In this document: in pieces, positions 27,382 to 36,991 of the stretch | Layout of the letters: every line of letters begins with the position of its first letter | How positions within the stretch are numbered: position 1 is the first letter of the stretch | NCBI GenBank assembly: GCA_964399055.1 | Contig: CAYNPJ010000004.1 | Coordinates: 11,158 to 75,157 of the forward strand | Source of the DNA: an uncultured Ignavibacteria bacterium | GTDB taxonomy: Bacteria > Zixibacteria > MSB-5A5 > DSPP01 > RBG-1 | Direction of reading: 5' to 3' | Length of the DNA: 64,000 nt | Made by a program: the position numbers and the translations under genes | The notes under the pieces: generated by a model | What the model was told of the DNA's origin: nothing | Databases searched by the model: none | The model's input: the letters and a program-made list of their open reading frames with translations, nothing else

Positions 27382-27410
27382 ATCGAATCATCCCCTTTTT
27401 ATTTTCTCTG

Positions 27411-27647
27411 TCATTTTTTTTCGGGACTTGAACCCGTCTCCTCTTTGGCTTTTTTCTTATAAGAATCACTTCGGTAGTCCGTAATGTAGAATCCTGAGCC
27501 TTTGAAGAGCAGGCCCGCCCCGGGCGAGATTATCCTCTCCGGCACTCCCTTGCATTCCGGGCAGCTTCTGACCGGCTCCTCGCTCATCTTCTGAAAGACT
27601 TCAAAGCGGTGCCCGCAGCCGGAGCAGAGATACTCGTAGGTGGGCAT
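27411..27647 (-). CDS. FmdB-family zinc-ribbon protein (putative regulatory protein)
   Basis: MPTYEYLCSGCGHRFEV...CPECKG CxxC...CxxC. Confidence 0.8.
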   Translation of the reverse strand: MPTYEYLCSGCGHRFEVFQKMSEEPVRSCPECKGVPERIISPGAGLLFKGSGFYITDYRSDSYKKKAKEETGSSPEKK

Positions 27648-27901
27648 TACTCCTCCTTGAAGAGGCTTCTGCCGGATTCCTCGTAGTATTTGATTTTTCC
27701 TTCGGTCAAATCCTGCAGGGCTTTGACCGTCACCTTGGTCTTCTCGTCTAAGACCGGGTCGACCAAGTCCGGGGTAATCATGGCCGCCTCCTTTTGCCTT
27801 TTGAGCTTCTGGTTTATGGCCCTTGCTCTTTTGGAGGCAATCAACACCGCCTGGTATCGGTTGAGTGGCAATTTTTCTAACTCTCCCATCTGTTTAATCA
27901 T
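27647..27901 (-). CDS. rpoZ: DNA-directed RNA polymerase subunit omega
   Basis: LPLNRYQAVLIASKRARAIN omega signature; 84 aa. Confidence 0.8.
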   Translation of the reverse strand: MIKQMGELEKLPLNRYQAVLIASKRARAINQKLKRQKEAAMITPDLVDPVLDEKTKVTVKALQDLTEGKIKYYEESGRSLFKEE

Positions 27902-27923
27902 TGATACTCCCTTTCCTGGTCAT

Positions 27924-29819
27924 TTATTTGACCACTTCAAAGTCTGCGTCTACTGCTTTGTCTTTGCCTGAGGCAGAGGACTTGCCTGCTGTCTCTGGCT
28001 CCGCCTGAGTCTGCGCCTGGGTTGTCTGCTGATACATCCGGCTGGCTGCCTGATGCCAGACCGAATTCAGATTCTCCTGGGCCGATTTGATCGCACTGAT
28101 ATTGTCTGTTTTCAGGGCTTCTCTGACCTTCTTGACGGCATCTTCAACCCTAGCTCTGGTCTCTGAATCTATCTTGTCGCCGTACTCTTTTAGACTTTTT
28201 TCAGTCTGATAGGCTAACTGGTCGGCCTGGTTGCGGATCTCGACCTCCTGGCGCCGCTTCTTATCCTCTTCTGCATTCTGCTGGGCCTCTCTGACCATTC
28301 TCTGGATTTCGGATTCGGATAGACCCGAGGAGGCCTCGATTCTGATGGACTGTTTCTTGCCGGTGCCTCTATCCTGAGCTGATACGTGTAAAATGCCGTT
28401 GGCGTCAATGTCGAAAGTAACTTCTATCTGGGGCATTCCTCTGGGGGCTGGCGGGATTCCGTCTAAGTGGAATCTGCCTATGGATCGGTTATCTCTGGCC
28501 ATCTCTCTTTCGCCCTGAAGCACATGGATTTCCACTGAGGTCTGGCTGTCTTCAGCCGTGCTGAAGATTTCCGATTTTTTAGTCGGAATAGTAGTGTTGC
28601 GCTCGATTAGTTTGGTAAAGACTCCGCCCAGGGTCTCCACGCCCAGAGAAAGCGGGGTTACGTCTAATAAGAGCACTTCTTTGACTTCGCCGGCAAGAAC
28701 TCCTCCCTGTATAGCGGCGCCAACTGCCACTACCTCGTCCGGATTCACGCCTTTGTGCGGCTCTTTCTTAAACAATTCTCGAACGACTTCCTGAACCTTG
28801 GGCATTCTGGTCATTCCACCCACCAAGACGACCTCATCTATGTCAGAGGCGCCTAACTTTGCATCAGCCAAGGCTCTCCGGCACGGCTCGACTGTTCGCT
28901 GAATCAGGTCATCTACTAACTGCTCTAACTTAGACCGGGTTAAGTTCAAGTTCAGATGCTTTGGCCCATTGGCATCCGCGGTAATAAAAGGCAGATTGAT
29001 TTGGGTCTCTAAGGCAGAGGAAAGCTCGCATTTTGCCTTCTCCGCCGCCTCTTTTAACCTCTGCATGGCCATGGGGTCTCGGGAAAGGTCAATCCCCTCT
29101 TGCATTTTGAACTCAGCCACAATCCAGTCTATAACCCGTTTATCAAAATCGTCTCCACCCAAATGAGTATCTCCATTGGTGGCCCGGACTTCAAAAACTC
29201 CCTCGCCGATTTCTAATATAGAGATGTCAAAGGTGCCGCCGCCTAAATCATACACCGCTATCTTCTCGTCCTTCTTCTTATCTAAGCCATAGGCTAAAGA
29301 GGCTGCAGTCGGCTCATTGATGATTCTTTTTACATCTAAGCCGGCAATTCGACCGGCATCTTTGGTGGCCTGTCTCTGGGAGTCATTGAAATAAGCTGGA
29401 ACCGTAATGACCGCCTCTGTGACCTTTTCTCCTAAGTAGTCTTCTGCGGTCTGTTTCATCTTCTGCAGAATCAAGGCTGAGATTTCCGGAGGAGTGTATT
29501 CTTTGCCCGCCACTTTGACCACGGCCAAGTCGCTATTCCCTCTGGCAACCTGATAGGGTACTATTTTGATTTCCTCGCCGACTTCGCCATAGCGCCGGCC
29601 CATGAATCTTTTAATGGAATAAACCGTGTTCTGCGGGTTGGTGATGGCCTGGCGCTTGGCCACCTGGCCGACCAAAATTTCTCCGCTTTTAGTAAAAGCC
29701 ACCACCGAAGGGGTAGTGCGGGCACCCTCGGAATTGGGGATAACCGCCGGCTTTCCTGCTTCCACGACTGCCACACAGGAATTGGTAGTGCCTAAGTCTA
29801 TGCCTATAATTTTACTCAT
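27924..29819 (-). CDS. dnaK: molecular chaperone DnaK (Hsp70)
   Basis: [18 protein letters not shown]..., DLGGGTFD, full Hsp70 architecture. Confidence 0.97.
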   Translation of the reverse strand: MSKIIGIDLGTTNSCVAVVEAGKPAVIPNSEGARTTPSVVAFTKSGEILVGQVAKRQAITNPQNTVYSIKRFMGRRYGEVGEEIKIVPYQVARGNSDLAVVKVAGKEYTPPEISALILQKMKQTAEDYLGEKVTEAVITVPAYFNDSQRQATKDAGRIAGLDVKRIINEPTAASLAYGLDKKKDEKIAVYDLGGGTFDISILEIGEGVFEVRATNGDTHLGGDDFDKRVIDWIVAEFKMQEGIDLSRDPMAMQRLKEAAEKAKCELSSALETQINLPFITADANGPKHLNLNLTRSKLEQLVDDLIQRTVEPCRRALADAKLGASDIDEVVLVGGMTRMPKVQEVVRELFKKEPHKGVNPDEVVAVGAAIQGGVLAGEVKEVLLLDVTPLSLGVETLGGVFTKLIERNTTIPTKKSEIFSTAEDSQTSVEIHVLQGEREMARDNRSIGRFHLDGIPPAPRGMPQIEVTFDIDANGILHVSAQDRGTGKKQSIRIEASSGLSESEIQRMVREAQQNAEEDKKRRQEVEIRNQADQLAYQTEKSLKEYGDKIDSETRARVEDAVKKVREALKTDNISAIKSAQENLNSVWHQAASRMYQQTTQAQTQAEPETAGKSSASGKDKAVDADFEVVK

Positions 29820-29848
29820 TTAAGAATCAACTCCTCCGGGGATCCTAT

Positions 29849-29877
29849 ATTTTAAACGTTAATCTTGCTTTCGTCAA
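29849..29877 (-). promoter_or_regulatory. sigma-70-like promoter TTGACG-N17-TAAAAT upstream of dnaK
   Basis: Reverse complement reads TTGACGAAAGCAAGATTAACGTTTAAAAT; GGAGGAG SD follows. Confidence 0.5.
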
Positions 29878-29959
29878 GTCTAATGTTGTTAAATTACACC
29901 CCAGACTGGCTGCCCCGACTGTCTGAAGGACAGCCGGAGCAGCGCCGGGCCTGAATTAC

Positions 29960-30409
29960 TTACTTTCCGGATATAGTAATCGGAATCTCTTTGGGCTTCA
30001 CTTCTTCAGCCTTGGGTAATTCCACCCGCAGGATTCCATTCTCGTAAGCCGCCTTAATCTTATCCGCCTTGACCATAGTAGGCAGACTGAAGGAGCGGGT
30101 GAAGAAGCCGTAGTTCCGCTCGAGGCGGTGATAATTAGTATCTTTATCCTCTTTCTCCTGGTGCTTCTCACCCCGGATAGTGAGGATGTTATCCTGGACC
30201 GAAACCTTGATGTCGTCTCTCTTCATTCCAGGGAGTTCTAACGAGACCACCACATCATCCTTAGTCTCGTAGATGTCAGTGGCCGGAAGCCACATCCCAC
30301 CATCTTCTATCTGGCGAGTTCCCCGGTCGAAGAAGCCTTCGAACATCCGGTTAACTTCATCCTGTAGATTGTACAGGTCTCTAAATGGTCTCCATCTTAC
30401 TAACGTCAT
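29960..30409 (-). CDS. Hsp20/alpha-crystallin family small heat-shock protein
   Basis: Alpha-crystallin domain (VSLELPGMKRDDIKVSVQDNILTIRGEK...GILRVELPK); AGGAGG RBS. Confidence 0.9.
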   Translation of the reverse strand: MTLVRWRPFRDLYNLQDEVNRMFEGFFDRGTRQIEDGGMWLPATDIYETKDDVVVSLELPGMKRDDIKVSVQDNILTIRGEKHQEKEDKDTNYHRLERNYGFFTRSFSLPTMVKADKIKAAYENGILRVELPKAEEVKPKEIPITISGK

Positions 30410-30450
30410 TTCATGTTCCTCCTTTCTGTCATTTTTGCACTACTATGAAA

Positions 30451-30465
30451 GCAAGTAGTATGCCA
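30451..30465 (-). promoter_or_regulatory. sigma-54 promoter TGGCAT-N5-TTGCT directly upstream of hsp20
   Basis: Reverse complement of 30451-30465 is TGGCATACTACTTGC(T); same -24/-12 hexamers as the PEP-CTERM promoter; contains the ACTACT/AGTAGT inverted repeat. Confidence 0.6.
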
Positions 30466-30667
30466 CAGAGTGTCTGGCCGGTGTGAAGACCTATAACTTA
30501 ATATGTATAAGTAACTTACGGCCAATTTATACCTTGAATGATATTTTGGAATAGTTTTTCATAACTGCCATTTTGACTTAATCAGTAGAATTTGACAGAA
30601 AAATAATGCCGAATTGAATGACTTACTGTATTTCTGGCAGAGGCAAGCAAAAGATCTGATATGAAGT

Positions 30668-31780
30668 TTATCTGAAGCAATATAAATACTTATCTTCTCC
30701 GCCTATATAATATTTCCCATCTCCAAAAGAGGCGGAGGAACTCAGGATACCTTCGGTCTGGAAATCAAAAACAACTTTCCCGGTCTCTTTATTTAAGGCA
30801 TAGAACTTCTTATCAAAAGACCCGAAACAGACCCATTTTCCCACCAAAATTGGAGAAGAGTGAATCAAGCTGCCAGCTTGAAATTTCCAGACCAATTGAC
30901 CGCTTTCTTTATCCAGACAGAAGAGATAACTGTCATTGGAGCCGAAGTAAACTCTGTTTGAGTCAAGAGCGGCTGAACTGTAAATGGCCCCTTCGGTCTT
31001 GAATCTCCAAATCTCCTTTCCTCCCACAGACAGAGCATAAAAAGTCCCATCCTGGGAGCCAAAGTAGACTTTATCTCTGTTCAAAACTGGGCTGGTATGA
31101 ATCCCGCCAGCGGTCTTAAACTTCCAGATTTCATCTCCCTTATCAAGACCGAGGCAATACAGGAAGCCATCCAGGCTGCCGAAGAATATCTTCTCTTCAG
31201 CGACTGCTGGAGCAGAATGGACAACGTCTCCGGTCTTAAAGCTCCACAGCTCTTTCCCACTGTTCTTATCCAGACAGAACAACTTGCCTTCTCCGGTTCC
31301 GGCTAAGAGCCGGTTGCCTGCCAACACCATGGGACCAGTGACTTCGCCTAATTTAGCCTCCCAGAGCATGACTTCCTGCACAAAATTGAAGGCATAGAGC
31401 TTCTTGTTCTTAGGAGTAGCAAAAAAAATAACATCTCCAGATAGGCAGGGCGTGGTCAATACCATTCCGGGCAGGGAAAGATGATTGATTTTAAGCCCGG
31501 TTAAAGCATTGACAAAATAGAGCTTCTTTTCGGCAGTGCCGAAAATGACGGTATTCCCTCTCAATAGAGGAGTCGTGGTAACTGCCCCGCCGGCCTTGAA
31601 TTTCCACAAAAGACCGCTGGGAGAAGGAACTTCTTTCTCTAAGCAGGCGGAATTAGTCAGATCGTTTCTGAAACTTGCCCAAAAAACCTGGCCGGTGCCT
31701 AAGTTCCGGGGATGAAACTGGAAGCCTCCTGCGCAGGAGAGGATTAAACCGACTAAGAATATGACCCCTTTTTTAATCAA
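30668..31780 (-). CDS. PQQ-like beta-propeller repeat protein (BamB-like fold), secreted
   Basis: Signal peptide; repeated '...G.LY.LD..TG...W.F.T' PQQ-type blades. Confidence 0.7.
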   Translation of the reverse strand: MIKKGVIFLVGLILSCAGGFQFHPRNLGTGQVFWASFRNDLTNSACLEKEVPSPSGLLWKFKAGGAVTTTPLLRGNTVIFGTAEKKLYFVNALTGLKINHLSLPGMVLTTPCLSGDVIFFATPKNKKLYAFNFVQEVMLWEAKLGEVTGPMVLAGNRLLAGTGEGKLFCLDKNSGKELWSFKTGDVVHSAPAVAEEKIFFGSLDGFLYCLGLDKGDEIWKFKTAGGIHTSPVLNRDKVYFGSQDGTFYALSVGGKEIWRFKTEGAIYSSAALDSNRVYFGSNDSYLFCLDKESGQLVWKFQAGSLIHSSPILVGKWVCFGSFDKKFYALNKETGKVVFDFQTEGILSSSASFGDGKYYIGGEDKYLYCFR

Positions 31781-31790
31781 CAGCCCTCAC

Positions 31791-34580
31791 TTAAAAGTTC
31801 CAGCCAAAGAAAAAGTCGAAATTAGGTCCTGGTGTAATCTTGTGAAAATTGTGGGTCCAGGCCCAGTCAAACCGGAGCACCGTGAAGTAGCCTAAGCTTA
31901 ATCGGGCGCCGAATCCCATACTGCCGTACATTCTCCCCACCTCATCCTCCCAGGCCTTGCCGGCATCAGTGAAAATAGCACCCCGGATGGCTTTGAATCC
32001 GAATTTGCCGATGGGAAAGCCGATGAACAAGTCATCAATCAAGGGGAAACGCAGCTCGGCATTGGCTAAGAAGAGATGCCGGCCCAAAAAGGCCTTGCGG
32101 TCGAAGCCCCTCAGACTCCAGCTTCCGCCTAAATACAGTCTCTGAGGCTCTGAGCCGTCTGAAGTATACCCGACCACCCGGGTGGCTAAGCTGGAATTAT
32201 TCCCCAAACGGAAGTACTGGCGGACGTCAGCCGAGAGGATGCGATTGTAAGTCTTCACTTGATTTAATCCGTAAGTCAAGCCAAAGGTGAAGTTCCAGCG
32301 GGTGCCTTCCAATGGCCCGGTCTGTTCCCACAAAGAGGTATCCTTTATCCAGGAAAGGTAATTGGTGGCTAATATGGCTTTGCGGTCCCTGGGAGAGTAG
32401 AGCCAGTCTCTCTCTGAGTTCCGCAAAAAGAAACTGCTCTCTATTCTCTGAAATTTAGAAAAAGGGTAGGAGGCAAAAACTGCCCCGCCGATCTGTCTTT
32501 CCCGGTAGTCCCCTTTAATCTCGTCTAAGTAGCGCTCATAGAAGTGGTAGAAACCGTAGCCATAATTGAGTCTTTTGGTGCGGTTGATATAGGTGACGGC
32601 CAGATTGAAGCTGGTCAAAAAGTCCGATTTGGTCTCAGCCGAATTGCTGACTAAGAAGACATACTGGTGGTCGCCTAACATATCTGACACCGCGGCCTGG
32701 AAGCCTCCCCCCACCCCGAAGAAGGCGTCATAGGCAATGGCTGACTGGGCGATGTCAAAAGAAAAGCGGTTCTGGTACTTCAGGGTCCCCTGAGTGCTGG
32801 GCAAGAGCAGCCCCTGGGGCTGCCAGCTCTTTTTCTCTTCTGTGACCTGCGCCACGGGGACGCTTTCAATTTCGGTCGAGTCTAAATTCAGCGAATAGAT
32901 GTGGAAACTGTAATTTTCGAATCCAGAAAAGAATATCTTCCTGTGGTCAGAAGCAAACTGCGGGTCAAAACAGCCGGTCACAAAGTGAGTCAGCTGTTGT
33001 AATTGGCCCAGGCTGTCTATAAGATAAAGATTCATTATTCCTTCCCTATCGGAACTGAAGACTATCTGTTGGCCGTCTTTTGACCAGGCCGGGGTCTGGT
33101 CCCGAAAAAGGCCAAAGGTGAGCTGGGTCACTTCTCTGGTATCTAAATTCAACTTGAAAAGATTCAGTGCGCCGGTTTTACCCTCTGTCCCCTGGTCGGA
33201 AGAGAAGACTATTTCGTCTGCGACCGGCGACCAGGCCGGGTCTCTTTCCTGATAGATATTGTCAGTCAGTTGAGTAAGTCTTTGTCGGTCTAAATCGAAA
33301 ACATACAGGTTGGTAAATCCGGCTTTAGTCACCCCGGCAAAACAGACTAGATTTGCTCTGGGGGACCAGGCCGGCGAAGTAATGGCCACTAGTTCCTCAA
33401 AGGCATAGCTTTTGGTGATTTTACCGGCCCGGGTATCATAGATATAAAGGAAATCCCGCTCCTGATTCTTGGAGGCAAAGACAATCTCTCCTCTGGCATT
33501 GGCTGAAATCTTGCTTTTTAAAAGATGGAGCGATTCAAACGCGGCTGACCTCTCCCCCTTTACCAACGTTTTCAGTTTATCCTTCTCGCCCGATTCCGGC
33601 ATCAGACAAATAGTCGAATAGCCCCGGCGATTGGTTTTAAAGGCGATTTGATTCTCTTTTTTGCCGGACTGTTTTGTGTTAATCAGAGCCGGAGAGACAT
33701 TGAAACCTTCCTTAGTTAATCGGCTGGCCTGATGGCTTAGGAATTCTTTGCCCTGGATATCCGGAAAGTACTTCTGCTTGAGATAGAGTTGCCATTCCTT
33801 ATCTAACTGTTCGATGGATTTGCGAAAGACTTTACTAAGCACGTCCTCGAAATTCTTCCCGCGCCAGTACTCGTCAAATATCCTGGTTAATTTTTCTTGG
33901 CCGTAATTCTCGGCCACGAAATGACAGAATGATTCACCCTCCTTATACATTAAAAAGGTGCCGTAGATGGAAAACATGTCGCTCAGAGGTACTAACTGCC
34001 CGGAAATCGCCAGGTCGCGCATAATCATCTCGGCCTGGCTGTCCATCTGGCCAGACCAGAACTCGGCAATCCCTTCTGAAAACCATAGGGGCAGGGGACT
34101 GTAATCTAATTTGCGGTGCTGGCTGTGATTGTAGCTGAGCTTCTCATAGGAAAACACATGCACCAGCTCATGTTTTATGACCCTGGCAAAAGCGAAATAA
34201 GAGCCGTCAAAGGGAATCACCATCCGGCCTTTGATGAACTCGGTGAAGCCGGCCACGTTTTCCGGAAGTAACTGGGGAATGACGTTGGTCTGCTCAAAAT
34301 AATGGGGAGAGCTGTAAACGATGAAAGGGATGGGCTTGAATATCTCGTGGTTGAATTTCTGTCGCAGATCTGCGTAAGCCTCCTCTGCGATTTGGGCTCC
34401 GATGTGGCCCAGCTGCTCTTCCGCCTGGTAAAAATAAACCTCAAAATGCTCGGTCTTCAGGACCCGCCAGTCGAAGCGAGTGTACTGGACCTTATTTTTG
34501 CCGAAGTAAAACTGGCTCTGGGCCGGTCCGCTCCAGAAGAGGAAAATTGCCGGCCAGAAAAGGAAAACAAGCTTCTTCAT
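31791..34580 (-). CDS. large outer-membrane-type protein: signal peptide, HExxH segment, TolB-like WD40 beta-propeller repeats, C-terminal beta-barrel (Omp85/surface-antigen-like) ending in aromatic residues
   Basis: HELVHVF motif; three 'PAWSP...VF.S' TolB-type blades; C-terminus FDFFFGWNF. Confidence 0.55.
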   Translation of the reverse strand: MKKLVFLFWPAIFLFWSGPAQSQFYFGKNKVQYTRFDWRVLKTEHFEVYFYQAEEQLGHIGAQIAEEAYADLRQKFNHEIFKPIPFIVYSSPHYFEQTNVIPQLLPENVAGFTEFIKGRMVIPFDGSYFAFARVIKHELVHVFSYEKLSYNHSQHRKLDYSPLPLWFSEGIAEFWSGQMDSQAEMIMRDLAISGQLVPLSDMFSIYGTFLMYKEGESFCHFVAENYGQEKLTRIFDEYWRGKNFEDVLSKVFRKSIEQLDKEWQLYLKQKYFPDIQGKEFLSHQASRLTKEGFNVSPALINTKQSGKKENQIAFKTNRRGYSTICLMPESGEKDKLKTLVKGERSAAFESLHLLKSKISANARGEIVFASKNQERDFLYIYDTRAGKITKSYAFEELVAITSPAWSPRANLVCFAGVTKAGFTNLYVFDLDRQRLTQLTDNIYQERDPAWSPVADEIVFSSDQGTEGKTGALNLFKLNLDTREVTQLTFGLFRDQTPAWSKDGQQIVFSSDREGIMNLYLIDSLGQLQQLTHFVTGCFDPQFASDHRKIFFSGFENYSFHIYSLNLDSTEIESVPVAQVTEEKKSWQPQGLLLPSTQGTLKYQNRFSFDIAQSAIAYDAFFGVGGGFQAAVSDMLGDHQYVFLVSNSAETKSDFLTSFNLAVTYINRTKRLNYGYGFYHFYERYLDEIKGDYRERQIGGAVFASYPFSKFQRIESSFFLRNSERDWLYSPRDRKAILATNYLSWIKDTSLWEQTGPLEGTRWNFTFGLTYGLNQVKTYNRILSADVRQYFRLGNNSSLATRVVGYTSDGSEPQRLYLGGSWSLRGFDRKAFLGRHLFLANAELRFPLIDDLFIGFPIGKFGFKAIRGAIFTDAGKAWEDEVGRMYGSMGFGARLSLGYFTVLRFDWAWTHNFHKITPGPNFDFFFGWNF

Positions 34581-34612
34581 GGATTATTTGAACTCTGGAA
34601 AATATACGCAAA

Positions 34613-36826
34613 TCAAGCCTGAGATGACAAGGGCGCAGTCGCCTTATGCCTGGCTACCAGGGCAGATATCTTGGCCTCTAAGGGGTCCTTCTTGAGGAAG
34701 GAAAAGAGGTTTTTGTGCATCTCGTGTAAATATTGTTCCAATTGGGCAATAATGGCCGGGCTTGCTTTGTGGCAGAAGTAATTTAAAGCTAACGCCCTGA
34801 CTTCATCCTCGGGCTTGATCTTAAAATTAAACCCTTTTCTACTTCTTCCGGTCAGAAGACTGAGGAAGAAATCCTCCGCATATTGACATTCTAACTGGGA
34901 TAGCGCCTGGCAGACTGATTTCCTGTCCTCAGCGTAGTCGGAAAAGTGATTAATCAGCATCTGTACTGCTCTGGTATCTGCGCCCTCTGCGACAGACTCT
35001 ATTGCCTCCTGGCGAATTTTAGGGTCGGTATCCTTCAGGTAAAGATAGAGAATCACCTTGGCTTCCTGTTTCAGGGGATGCAGGCCTAAGTATTTTATCG
35101 CCTCCGCACGAATATCTGAATCCGGGTCGTTTTTGAGCCTTCCCAAGAGCTGTAGGGCCTGTTTCTCTTCTACTAAAGTCAGTATCCGGGTAATGAGTAA
35201 CATCTTCGGTTTGTCAGCTGAGGAAATGGCAGAACTGCTGCCTGTCGATTCTCCCAGCCTGACATTTATCAAATGGTCAAAATATGACAGCAGGGCCTCT
35301 GGCATAGACCTGAGCAGATTTACCGCTTGCTCTGTTTGCAGCTGACTATAATGGCTCCAGCCGGAGAGAATTTCCTCAATAACCGGTTCGGTTGCCAGTA
35401 GCTTGAGGAGAGCCTGAGCTTCCCCGGACTGGGCCCGGTCCGAAGACCTTAGCCAGTCCTGGAGCAACTGACTGGCAGTCTCCTGATTGCCCAGAGCCGT
35501 GACCAGTTCCAGAGAGGCCTTTTGAACCTTTTCTGAAAAGACCACTTCTTTGTGACAGCGGGATCTGACCCCCAGGACGATTTCTTTGACAGGTCTATAA
35601 TCCTTTTTACGGATGAGCCAGCGGGTCAAAGGAAGCGCAGTCTTAAGATATTCTAAATAAAGGGGCTCGCTCAACTTGACCTCTCTGATGCGCTGGACAG
35701 TTACCTCTTTAATATGCTCTATCTCCCGGAGCCGATTAGCGCTGAGAGCTTGGTTCAGGATGGCCTGTAAGAGCAGGCTGGCGGTTTGCCTTGATTCGCT
35801 CCGGGGAGACTCTATTTCTGCAATTAGCCGCTCAATGGCCAGCTCTGAGAGCTTATCGTCTTCTAAAGTCAGCAATCTCCGGGCCATTTCGTTCAATTTC
35901 TGAGAATCACAAGTCTCACTCTTCAAGGCCGAAGAGAAATCCTCTACAATCTTCTCGCTCTTTTCCCGGCGCTCCTGCAAAGTCTTCTTCAGAATCTTCT
36001 GATTCAAGAGCCCGTAGCGCTCAGCAATTATCTCTAATTGGGGAAAGAGATTCTTCAATTCCTGGGACTGAAGCGCCGCCAGGACTGTTTCCAGGTCTTC
36101 TTTCTTCTGGACTTCCTCGGTCAAGACTTTCTCCAATTCCCGCTTAATCTTGCCGGAGATTAAGCTGAGCAGGTTTTCATCTGAGAGCTGCGAGATCTCC
36201 TGTTCTAATACGGCCACGATTTTATCCTCGGGCAGTTCTATCCGATACCTGTTTTTCAGGGCTTCCGCAGTACCCGGGCCGCCGAACAATATCTCCTTCA
36301 GGATTTGAGGATTTTCTTTCAATGTTGCTGCGAACTGGCTCTTCAGGTCTATCTTTAGTTTTTCGGTCTTGCTGATTACTTCCTGCCTCTCGGAGACCTC
36401 TACGTAATGGACTTTGTTGGCAACTATGGAACTGATACCCTCCCCATTTAAGAATTCCTCCAGAGCCTGATGATAGTGCCGGTCCATTATCCGCCTGGCA
36501 TAGTAATTCAGAAAAGATTTAAACTCTTCTCCGGAAACGCTGGATTTAAACTCGACCGACTTTACCGCGGCCTGCTGGAAAAGCTGGAAGAAGACATTCT
36601 GAGTGAAATCCTCCGGTATGGTCTCTCCGTTGATGACAAATTTATTCTCCTTGACCGACACCACTAATCTCTGGTCGCGGGACAAGATGTTTTGTAAGAG
36701 CTCAAATGGCCCGGCCGCTGCTACACTCTGGGTAGGATGGCCGGGCGGATAAAAGGAGAATTTTTTAATGGCGGCGATGGTCCCCTTGAGCCAAGATGAA
36801 TAGAGCTTTACTTTCTCTTCGGACAT
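34613..36826 (-). CDS. HEAT-repeat (PBS-lyase-type) protein, unknown function
   Basis: C-terminal HEAT repeats (DPDSDIRAEAIKYLGL, DTDPKIRQEAIESVAEG); alpha-helical throughout. Confidence 0.5.
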   Translation of the reverse strand: MSEEKVKLYSSWLKGTIAAIKKFSFYPPGHPTQSVAAAGPFELLQNILSRDQRLVVSVKENKFVINGETIPEDFTQNVFFQLFQQAAVKSVEFKSSVSGEEFKSFLNYYARRIMDRHYHQALEEFLNGEGISSIVANKVHYVEVSERQEVISKTEKLKIDLKSQFAATLKENPQILKEILFGGPGTAEALKNRYRIELPEDKIVAVLEQEISQLSDENLLSLISGKIKRELEKVLTEEVQKKEDLETVLAALQSQELKNLFPQLEIIAERYGLLNQKILKKTLQERREKSEKIVEDFSSALKSETCDSQKLNEMARRLLTLEDDKLSELAIERLIAEIESPRSESRQTASLLLQAILNQALSANRLREIEHIKEVTVQRIREVKLSEPLYLEYLKTALPLTRWLIRKKDYRPVKEIVLGVRSRCHKEVVFSEKVQKASLELVTALGNQETASQLLQDWLRSSDRAQSGEAQALLKLLATEPVIEEILSGWSHYSQLQTEQAVNLLRSMPEALLSYFDHLINVRLGESTGSSSAISSADKPKMLLITRILTLVEEKQALQLLGRLKNDPDSDIRAEAIKYLGLHPLKQEAKVILYLYLKDTDPKIRQEAIESVAEGADTRAVQMLINHFSDYAEDRKSVCQALSQLECQYAEDFFLSLLTGRSRKGFNFKIKPEDEVRALALNYFCHKASPAIIAQLEQYLHEMHKNLFSFLKKDPLEAKISALVARHKATAPLSSQA

Positions 36827-36991
36827 AAAATGTCTAACTTGGATTATTCATCCGTCCATAGGTATATCGGCAGTTACGGTAACTTAATAAACGCTAAAAC
36901 GTTACAGAGCTTATCCGATTGAACTGTTCCGAGTAATTGGGCAAAAGAGAATAAGTAGTAAGAGCGGTTTGAGATATGACAGATAAATAAC

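Noticed and set aside
30433-30470. ACTACT-N9-AGTAGT inverted repeat upstream of hsp20, initially considered a CIRCE/HrcA-like operator
   Set aside because: The arms do not match CIRCE (TTAGCACTC-N9-GAGTGCTAA) or HAIR. The repeat is fully contained in, or contiguous with, a consensus sigma-54 -24/-12 element (TGGCATACTACTTGCT), which explains it better.
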